A stretch of 64,000 nt of DNA from Malacoraja senta (taxonomy: Eukaryota): the NCBI GenBank assembly GCA_038087875.1, contig CM075998.1, positions 2,730,001-2,794,000 of the forward strand. Direction: 5' to 3'. Position 1 is the first letter of the stretch; each line of letters begins with the position of its first letter. Position numbers and translations under genes: made by a program. The notes below the pieces were generated by a model. The model was given only the letters and a program-made list of their open reading frames with translations, was not told the DNA's origin and did no database searches. Below, piece after piece: positions 53,802 through 64,000 of the stretch.

Positions 53802-54142
53802 GGCGGCACACGGTGGCGCAGCGGGTAGAGCTGCTGCCTCACAGCACCAGAGACCCAGGTTCAATCCTGACCTCGGGTGCTGTCTGCGTGGAGTTTGCAC
53901 GTTCTCCAACCGGGTTTCATGGGTGCAACCATGGGTTTCCTCCGGGTGCTCCCGTACCCTCCCACGTCCCAAAGACGTGCGGGTTTGTAGGCTAATTGCC
54001 CCCCTGTAAATTGTCCCTAATGTGTTGGGAGTGGATGAGAAAGTGGGATAGCATAGAACTGGAGTGAACAGGTGATAAATGGTCGGAGTGGACTCGGTGG
54101 GCCGAAGGGCCTGTTTCCATGCTTCATCTCTGAACTCAACTA
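53802..54142 (+). mobile_element. Full-length HE1/V-SINE-like SINE
   Basis: ggcggcacacggtggcgcagcgggtagagc head, B box ggttcaatcc, core and LINE-type tail. Confidence 0.88.
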
Positions 54143-57100
54143 ACCCCCCCCCCCCCCCCCCCCACTGCCTGCTGATAGAATTGTATCTGTTCCTCAATCT
54201 GGCTTGCATTGGAGCAGCTAAAGAAAATGTGAGTTTGGGATGGAGAAATAAATAGAAATGCAATGGGCATTCAGCATTACCATTGTGGACTAAATGGACC
54301 AAGGAATCCAATCTGGTTTTGGTTTCTCTACAACATAGGAGGCCACATTATGAAGACAGTACATGAGACTGGAAGTAAAATGGAATGACTACTTCACACA
54401 GTGAATGTGTTTGTGTCCATGGATGATGGAAATTGGAAGAGTTATTGTATCTCCTGCAGTTGCATGGGAAGTTTTTTACTGAAGAGAGACACAAAAAGCT
54501 GGAGTAACTCAGCGGGTCAGACAGCATCTCTGGGGAAAAGGAATAGGTGACATTTTGGGTCGAGACCTTTCTTCAGGCTTTCGTTAGTGAGATCCAGCAA
54601 GGAGATAGGCCGTTTGGCCCACAGAATCCACGCCGAGTGGGATAACATAGAACTAGTCTGAACGGGTTGGTATGGACTCTATTTTTTCACCCCAGGGTAG
54701 GGGCAATAAGAACTAGAAGGCATTGGGGAAAATCTGCATTGATAGTAATGCAGGGAGAATTAAAAAATTGAATTAGTGTAGGACTAGTGAAGGACTTTAA
54801 GAACCAGAGGACATACATTTAAGTGGTGAAGAGAAAGATTTAACAGGATCCTGAGGGGCAATGTTATCACACAAAGGGTGGTGGGTGTATGGAACGAGCT
54901 GCCGGCGGAGGTAGTTGAGGCTGGGACTATCCCAACGTTTAAAACACATTTGGACAGGTACATGAATCGGAATGGTTTAGGATATGGGCCAGGTGTGGGG
55001 AAATGGGACCAGCTTGGATGGGTCACATTGGGCGGCATGGATGAGTTGGGCTGAAGGGCCTGTTTCCGTGCTGACTAACCCCACATCCCTTGATTTCCCC
55101 CAATATCAGAAATCGATCGATCTCTCTCCCAGAGGATGAGGACCACTTTGTTTGCCTGCCACGGCAACCGGTCTATACACGGCAGCAAAGGATTCTTCAT
55201 GTTATGAACCAAATGCATGGTTTAAATTACAACCACATCTTTTTGTGGATCCCACAACTTAAAAAAAAATCTGATTAAAGAAAGGGATTATGTCATTTTA
55301 TGGTCATGGAGCACATTTTGCGGGCCCAAATCTGGGACCTTCATCAGAACCTCAAAAATGAGATTAAAAAATTGGCTCTGGGACTCAGAAATGTCATGGT
55401 TGTCTGAAAGGGAGAGACATTGAGATGAGTGGCTTTGCTCTGTGCTATCTGCCACTTTTGTTATGGGGAAGGAAGCGGAGAGAAGTGTGGTAAAGGGGAA
55501 TTTTAATAGTGTTCAAAATCTTGAAGGGTTTTGATGATTAAATAAGGGCTCTCTTTGGCCAGAGTGACAGTAGGATGAGGAACCGGAGGGGAGATAAAGG
55601 GAGATAAAGGAGCATTTTTATCTGCGTGTGGACAGCACAGTGGCCCAGTTTATCTTCACTGACACAATCTCCAAATCACAGCGGTAGAGTTGCTACCTTA
55701 CAGCCCCAGAGACGAGGGTTCGATCCTGACTACGGGTGCTGTCTGTACGGAGTTTATACACTCTCCCTGCGACAGCGTGGGTTTGCTCCGGTTTCCTCCC
55801 AAATTCCAAAGACGTGAAATGTGAAGCAAGAGGAAGGGATATAGCTGGAATGGGACGGGAAGGCGGGTGGCGGGATAACGGGAGAATGTCAACGTTAGGT
55901 AATGTCTTGCAAGCGGGCATCCCTCCATTTCCACTTGTTTCCACTGGTGTTTCCATTAGCGGTAGAATCTTGGACCAGCGGCCACAGCATCAGAATAAAA
56001 GGACGTTCTTCAGGAAGGAGATGAGGAGAAATGCCTTTAGTCAGAAGGTGTGGAATTCATTGTCACAGAAGGCCATGGAGGCTAAGTCAGTGGATACTTT
56101 TCAATGCAGAGATAGATAGATTCTTGATTAGACAATAGACAATAGCCAATAGATAATAGGTGCAGGGGTAGGCCATTTGGCCCTTCGAGCCAGCACCGCC
56201 ATTCAATGTGATCATGGCTGATCATCCCCAATCAGTTCCTGCCTTCTCCCCATATCCCCTGACTCCGCTATCTTTAAGAGCCCTATCTAGCTCTCTCTTG
56301 AAAGCATCCAGAGAACCGGCCTCCACCGCCCTCTGAGGCAGAGAATTCCACTCACCACTCTCCGTGAGAAAAAGTGTTTCCTCGTCTCCGTTCGAAATGG
56401 CTTACCCCTTATTCTTAAACTGTGGCCCCTGGTTCTGGACTCCCCCAACATTGGGAACATGTTTCCTGCCTCTAGCGTGTCCAAGCCCTTAACAATTAGT
56501 ATGGGAGTCAGAGGTTTTGGGGAGAAGGCAGGAGAATGGGGTTGAGAGGGAAAGATAGATCAGCCATGATTGAATGGCGGAGTAGACCTGATGGGCTGAA
56601 TGGCCTAATTCTGCTCGTATCACTTATGAACATGTGTTAGAGTTTTGATCATATTGACTAAAAATGTACGTCATTTTCAACCCCTGATGAGGATTGAAAC
56701 CCCAGGCAGATTCTTTCAGCACCACGTCTGCTGTCTGAAGCCACCACGGCCAGAGACTGTCACATTGATCTCCGCAGTCTCTTGGTGTGTCTCACCTCCA
56801 CGATGTCAGGCAAGCTCAGGCCTCACTGAGCAAACAATGAAGTGTGTGCAAGGTTTCAAGCGTTCGTGTCACAGCTAAATAGCCAAATTTGGCTCCGACT
56901 TCAAAATAAAAGATCAAAGCTTACCCCAAGGTAGAAACAGATTCCTTGATCTTTTGATTCAAAAGATTACTCATCAGGAAATTCCCCCAAAGAAACTGAG
57001 ATGACCCCCAAAAGAATAAAGACTGCGGTCCTCAGGGTAAAATTCCTCCTGCTCAAATCACCTCCATGACAGTTCTTCTTTCTAAGTAGTGCAGGCCCAT

Positions 57101-60100
57101 GAGAAGAAGAACTTGTTCTCAGCTGCGGCTAGAGGGCCAGAATCAGGAGTATATTCTGCGAGGAATTCATGCAATGAAAGATAAATGACAGCCAAGGCAA
57201 TTTGAGAGCAACAGTTTCTAACTCTTGGTTTTTATGCTGTTGGCCGATGTCAAAACTAGTTAAACAATTTAATCTTGTCGCGTAACATAAGAACAGGAAG
57301 ATTAAAGCTAACGACCAATTTACTGGCAGACAAAACCAAAGTTGGATTGGAATACCTTGGATGGCACGGTGGCGCAGCGGTAGAGTTGCTGCCTCACAGC
57401 GCCAGAGACCCGGGTTCAATCCTGCCCTCGGGTGCTGTCCTGGGATTTCTCTGACATTCGAAAGACGTGCAGGGTTGTACGTTAATTGGCCCTCTGCAAA
57501 TTGACCCCAGAGTCGGGTTTTTTTAGGGGGGGGGGGTAAATCTGAGTTGATAGTAATGCAGGGAGAATAAATCTCCTCACCTTAAACCCATGTCCTCTGG
57601 TTCTTGATTCCCCTGGGTAAAATACTATGCATTAACCCTATCTAATCCCCTCATGATCTTATTCACCTCTATAAGATCACTCCTCATCATCCTCTTGCGC
57701 TCCAAGGAATAAAGTCTTAGCCTGCTCAACCTGTCCCTATAGATCAAGCCCTCGAGTCCTGGCAACATCCTCGTAAATCTTCTCTGCACCATTCCCAGCT
57801 TAACAACAACCTCTGGTTCTTGATTCCCCTACTCTGGGCAAAAGACTCTGTGCATTCACCCTATCTATTCCTTCATGATCTTGCACACCTCTATAACATC
57901 ACCACTCATCCTCCTTCTTGCAGTCCTTCTGATGAAGTTGCTCCAGGTGCTTCTGGAGAGAGAGAGTGTCTCCATGAGGCTCTTTGTTCTTCCTGGTGGT
58001 CTTCTTTGAGAACAAATGTTCTGGGCATAACTGGTACCTTTGTGTTACCTGGTATTTTTTCTGTGGCTACTTCTGCAGTGTCCCAATGAAATTGAATGGA
58101 TCTTTTTCACACTGGGGGATTTTCTGCCTCAGAGGGCGGTGGAGGCCGATTCTCTGGATGCTTTCAAGAGAGAGCTTGATAGGGCTCTTAAAGATAGCGG
58201 AGTCAGGGGATATGGGGAGAAGGCAGGAACGGGGTACTGATCGTGGATGATCAGCCATGATCACAGTGAATGGCGGTGCTGGCTCGAAGGGCCGAATGGC
58301 CTAATCCTGCATCTATTGTCTATAATCCTTCTGGATCAAAGTGCGCTGAAAACACAAGTGATGTCGCAACTGTCTGCATCTGACACATTAGCACTGTGTC
58401 AAATCTGACTGGGAACTAGTGCCACAGAGTCAGAAGATCCAGGTCCCATGGAAAGGGGTCGCAGCTACATCGGAGGTTCTCAAAGACCTATTCCATTGCA
58501 TGGCAATTTGTTAAACTCCGACGCATGACAAAATATTTCGTCGTTGTCTGGTCAGAAACGAAAACAAGCAAAAGTAATAATTTATTTTACTGAACCAAAT
58601 GCAGGGATACAAATTAAAACCAGTTATTGAGGTCTACCAGGGTAGGTTCATTTCAGCAACACTGTACAATCCAGGGCACATACTAGTTGCCAAATCTCGT
58701 AGGTTTGCTGCTGTGGTTTGTTTTACACTTGGCTGAGGCACATGAGCTTACCCAGTGGCACATGGATAAAGATCACCAATTTACAGAACTAATTCTGACC
58801 GGCAATTCATCCCTTTACTAACTAACGTTTTACGGTGCAGATTGACTCCTGATTTGTCAACTGCTCCAGTTTAAAAGTATAGTCGATGTTTTCATCTCCT
58901 GCCGAAGTCTCATCTCTCTCTCGCTCTCACTCTCTCTCGGTCCCTTCTACCCCAATCTAATCCTACAAGGTTCTTCATGTTACTCCAATTCCACCCTCCC
59001 GTGATCCCCTAATAGTAGCGATTGCCAGGCAAAGCCCTAAGCTTTGGAGTTTCCCTCCTTGAACTAAACCTGTCTGATTGCCTTCTCCACTAAAGCCTCC
59101 CTCTCTAACCGAGGTTTAAGTTATCTGTCTCAAAATCATCTTATGCAGCTCAATATCTAATGTGGTCTGATTACACTCATGTGAAGCCTTTCCTGATTGC
59201 CTTGCTAGGTTAAAAATTATTTTAGAAATATTAAGTGTGATTTATGTCCAATTAATGCTGTTGTGTATTTGTCTGAGTCTGTGTGTCGGTGATGCTGCTG
59301 CAAGCAAGATTTCCATTGTACCTGTATCTCACTGTACTTGTGCAGATGACAATAAAATCAACTTGACTTGACACTGAATGGACTTGGAACAACCTGCGAT
59401 TATGAAAGACACGATAAAAATAAAGATCTGTCTTTTTTCCCCACATTTCCCCTCCACTAGATAGGTCACTCTCAGTCATAGAGGTTTACAGCATGGATGA
59501 GAAAGTGGGATAACATAGAACTAGTGTGAATGGGTGATCGATGGTCGACGTGGGCACATGATCTTTAACATGCTGTATCTCGAGACTCCAAACTCTCCTT
59601 ATCTAACACATTTGTGTCTCTATTTTTGCCTCTCGCCTTTGTCATTTACTCCGCCCATTTGCCAAGCACCCCCATCCCCCCTCACCTGTATCCACCTATC
59701 ACTTATCAAACATTGTCCCACTCCCATCTCTCTTTTCCAGCTTTCTCCCCCCTTACTACAACCAGACTGAAGAAGCAAATCATCGCCTGTCCATTCCGTC
59801 CCCAGATGCTGGCTCCAGCTGTTCCAAACTCCGCTCGAGTTTAACTCAAGATTCCAGCATCTGCAGTTCCTTGTGTCATCAAACATTAATTGATATTTAA
59901 TCACTGCCATTAAATAGCTTGTTCCACAGAACATTCGGAGCAAGCCAGATCCACTTCCTGGAACTTACATTTGATTTACAATCTTTTGTCATCTGATTAT
60001 GATATTATGTTCCCAATTGCTGGCAAGAATAAACAGGGAAATTACAGTTTTTATCTCAGATACCCGAAAAACATTCCCTTTTTTAAAAATGTTTAAGCAG

Positions 60101-60452
60101 GGATGAGACCTGATGTGCTCAATGCAGACAACTCTGCACTTGGCCGACAGGAGAATTCAAAATAAAACACAGATTTCCACAACAAACGATGGCCATTTTT
60201 GGCAACTGGAAAACATCCAGTTTGAAACTTGTTATTAATTTGCAGATGAATGGATAAACATCCATTTCTGCTCGGAACTGATCGCGGAATGCTCTGTATA
60301 AAATCCAACTCTCTTCTGCAATCTAGAGATTCCCTTTAATTTAACCCTTTCGGGTATATCCACAACGGGGAAAGCATTTAAGAACTTTTCCTGGATTCCT
60401 TCCAATTAATCTTTCCTTCGATAATAAACCCTTCGATAATGTTACTGGAGTT

Positions 60453-60985
60453 TCATAGAAACATAGAAACATAGAAAATAGGTGCAGGAGGAGGCCATTT
60501 GGCCCTTCGAGCCAGCACCGCCATTCATTGTGATCATGGCTGATCATCCACAATCAGTAACCCGTGCCTGCCTTCTCCCCATAATCCCTTGATTCCGCTA
60601 GCCCCTAAAGTATCTAACTCTCTTTTAAATCCATCCAGTGAATTGGCCTCCACTGCCTTCTGTGGCAGAGAATTCTACACATTCACAACTCTCTGGGTGA
60701 AAACGTTTTTTTCTTATCTCAGTTATAAATGGCCTCCCCTTTATTCTTTGACTGTGGCCCCTGATTCTGGACTCCCCCAACATTGGGAACATTTTTCCTA
60801 CATCTAGCTTGCCCAGTCCTTTTATAATTTTATACATTTCTATAAGATTCCCTCTCATCCTTCTAAATTCCAGTGAATACAAGCCCAGTCTTTCCAATCT
60901 TTCCTCATATGACAGTCCCGCCATCCTGGGATTAACCTTGTGAACCTACGCTGCACTGTCTCAATAGCAGGGATGTCCTTCCTCA
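60453..60985 (-). mobile_element. CR1-clade LINE 3' end
   Basis: RKDIPAIETVQRRFTRLIPG / AGLSYEERLERLGLYSLEFRRMRGNLIEMYKIIKG, with a (ctatgttt)n tail. Confidence 0.9.
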
Positions 60986-61290
60986 AATTAATTTCAGCCG
61001 GATAAAGTATAGTGTTGTTACCATTGGAAGCCATGGTTGCCCCCTCTTCCCTTTGCCTCATATGGGAAAATGATTAAACTTTAGTTTAGTTTAGTTTACT
61101 GTCACGTGTACCGAGGTACAGTGAAAAGCTTAAAACATTCAATTCCCATACTGGGAGTCCCTGGGTGAAAACCAGGAATCCTATCCAGTAGAGTTGTTTC
61201 TGCACCAAAAGACACAAAGTGCTGGAATAACTCAGGAGGTCAGGCAGCATTTCTGGAACACATGGATAGGTGACAAAGGGTCTTAACCCA

Positions 61291-61686
61291 AAACCTCACC
61301 TATCCATGTTCTCCACAGATGCTGCCTGACCCGCTGAGTTACTCCAGCACTCTGTGAAACGTCACCTATCCATGTTCTCCACAGATGCTGCCTGACCCGC
61401 TGAGTTACTCCAGCACTCTGTGAAACGTCACCTATCCATGTTCCCCATAGATGCTGCCTGACCCGCTGAGTTACTCCAGCACTCTGTGAAACGTCACCTA
61501 TCCATGTTCTCCACAGATGCTGCCTGACCCGCTGAGTTACTCCAGCACTCTGTGAAACGTCACCTATCCATGTTCTCCACAGATGCTGCCTGACCTGCTG
61601 AGTTACTCCAGCACTCTGTGAAACGTCACCTATCCGTGTTCTCCACAGATGCTGCCTGACCCGCTGAGTTACTCCAGCACTTTGTG
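61291..61686 (-). repeat. 66-bp tandem array (6 units), reverse orientation
   Basis: Reverse complement of the same unit, inside a palindromic element (~61205-61730). Confidence 0.95.
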
Positions 61687-64000
61687 TCATTTTATGTCTT
61701 AACCAGCATCTGCAGTTCTCTGTTTCTACACTGTTTCGTTTCTACCGTATTCCTACATGTAGAAATAAGGAACTGCAGATGCTGGTTTACACGAAAGGTA
61801 TACGACGTGCTGGAGTAACTCACTGGATCATGCAACATCTCTGGAGAACATCGATAGGTGACATTTCGGGTCGGGACCCTTCTTCAGACCTGAAACGACA
61901 CTTATCCCGAGATGCTGCCTGACTTGCTGAGTTACTCCAGCACTTTGGGTCCTTTTTCACATTACTGAATGTTGGACAGTAGAGTCGACACTAACATCGC
62001 ATGCTCTCTTCACCCATCGTTCTGCCAGAGAGCCGGGGCCAGTATAACCCAACTTTCTTCCACCGATCCTTCTGGCTGCATCAATGTTACTGGAGTTACA
62101 TAGAAACATAGAAAACAGGTGCAGGAGGAGGCCATTTGGCCCTTCGAGCCAGGTGGTTGAGGCTGTTCATCACAGCAGCCAATGGCTGGGCAAAGGGTCC
62201 CTTATACTGAATGTACGAGAGCGGCTCCATCTTGTTCATGTCTGTCCTCATCTCAGTCCCTTTCCACATCAACTCTAGAGGTCATAGTGAGAGATGGACA
62301 TGGAAACAGGCCCTTCGGCCCACTGAGTCCTGGGCCTTTCCCTCTCAAAAGGCCTCCAGCAGCTGTCTGGGTGGAGTTTGCACATTCTCCCTGTGATTTC
62401 TCTGGGTGATCCGGTTTCCTCCCACATCCCAAAGGTTCGTAGGTTAATTGGTTCGCTGTACAATGCCACAGAGAGTGTGGGTGAGGGGTAGAATCTAGGG
62501 GAAAGAGGGGCAAAGGTGAGAATAAACAGATGGGATTCATGTAGGATTCGCGTGGGTGGGTGGTTGGTTGGTTAATTAGCCATCTGTAAATTGCCTCGTT
62601 AGTGGGAGTGGGTGGAATCTGAGTTGGAAATGCAAGGAGAATGTTTTTTAAATGGGATTAATGTAGGATTAATGTAAATGGGTCGGCACAGACTCAGTGG
62701 GCCGAAGGACCTGTTTCCATGCTTATCCCTCACTATGATCTCAGTGCCTCCAGCATATGTTTCACCAGTTGATGTGGAAAGGGTCTGGAAAGACTAATAA
62801 AATGTCTGAAGAAGGGTCCCGGCCCAAACCGTCAGCTATCCATGTTCTCCAGAGATGCTGCCTGAGCCGCCGAGTTACTCCAGCACTCTGTGTCTTTTCT
62901 TAGAAACATAGAAACATAGAAAATAGGTGCAGGAGGAGGCCATTCGGCCCTTCGAGCCAGCACCGCCATTCATTGTGATCATGGCTGATCGTCCCCAATC
63001 AATAACCCGTGCCTGCCTTCTCCCCGTATCCCTTGACTCCACTAGCCCCTAGAGCTCTATCTAACTCTCTCTTAAATCCATCCAGTGATTTGGCCTCCAC
63101 TGCCCTCTGTGGCAGGGAATTCCACAAATTCACAACTTCACAAATAACAGTATAAGGGACCCTTCATTTCTCACCTCAGTCCCAAATGGCCTCCCCTTTA
63201 TTGTAAGACTGTGGCCCCCTGGTTCTGGACTCGCCCAACATTGAGAACATTTCCCTGCATCTAGCCTGTCCAGTAAACCAGCATCTGCACTTTTGCTTGC
63301 TTCTGCTACTAACAAAAGGTCAGGCCCACAACATCTCGCAGTTTCACAAACTGACATCGTGTTGATTGCGTGACACAGGAGACGCGTCGCTTCCAAGTGG
63401 AAGTTTTTTTTTTGGCAACCTGGCCGAGCCGTGACATATGAGTAACCGCTCCCCGAGCCTCTGGTTCCCAACCACAACGGCGCGGATGCAATAATGGGGT
63501 GACCCGAAACAACAGACAACGGAACTGGGGAAAAAACCCCAAAACTGTCCCGCTCCCCAAATTGCCATTTGGATCGTTTAAAAAAAAAAAATTTGATGCG
63601 CAAATTGATGGGACTGAATTCTAAACATCCAACACGGTCAACGCTACACGGTCGCCTCGACCACTTGGCCGCCAGTGAAGTTTGAAAGATGATTGCGGTT
63701 TGTGTGGCTGGGATAATTCTGAAACTCCCAACCAAGCAAACCTCTATTAATGTCCACCAAACATTTGACTGACACAAAAGAAAAATGCGCGCACTCAAAA
63801 CGGAGACAAAAAAAAACGAACGACATTTGTCTCCAGATCCTGCAACCTCACTCAATCCTGTCGCCTCTTTAAAGGTGTCACCCTGTCAGCGATGTTAACA
63901 CTCGTTTTCTCTCGACGTTTGCACTGCGAGATCGAATCTTCTCACTGGCCCCGATTTACTTTCATTAGACCATTCAAGTGGAGTGACCCTAACAGCGGGG

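Noticed and set aside
53802..53875. tRNA gene
   Set aside because: The A/B boxes are the head of a SINE, continuing into core and tail; there is no full cloverleaf.
57915..58100. Open minus-strand frame (QFHWDTAEVATEKIPG...EGLQE) as a possible exon of a neighbouring gene
   Set aside because: It is bounded by LINE fragments, has no clear splice sites, and has no recognisable homology.

Overview
Repeat-dense vertebrate DNA, almost certainly from a cartilaginous fish (HE1/V-SINE-like SINEs and elasmobranch-type CR1 LINE ends throughout). Two Wnt genes lie head-to-head, with ATGs about 9.8 kb apart. The first is a complete 4-exon wnt1 on + (13361-27391), with one apparent +1 frameshift in a G homopolymer near the C-terminus. 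The second is exons 1-2 of a Wnt6-family gene on - (3538-2446); its remaining exons lie left of the window. A wnt6 directly beside wnt1 matches the ancestral Wnt1-Wnt6-Wnt10 cluster and is probably a wnt6 ohnolog missing from the mammalian WNT1/WNT10B locus. The other main signal is an abundant family of short, often palindromic elements. They derive from the 3' end of a Penelope-like retroelement (GIY-YIG C-terminal remnant at 6869-6970), carry a minimal hammerhead-ribozyme-like core (CTGAAGA-stem-GAAACGTC), insert with 11-15 bp target-site duplications, and have spawned three related 66-bp tandem arrays. The rest comprises CR1, Rex1/Babar, Vingi-like and L2/Crack-like LINE fragments, SINEs, a decayed IR/DR Tc1 transposon, micro/minisatellites and a few candidate enhancer regions. 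Repeat boundaries are approximate; exon boundaries were read directly from the sequence.
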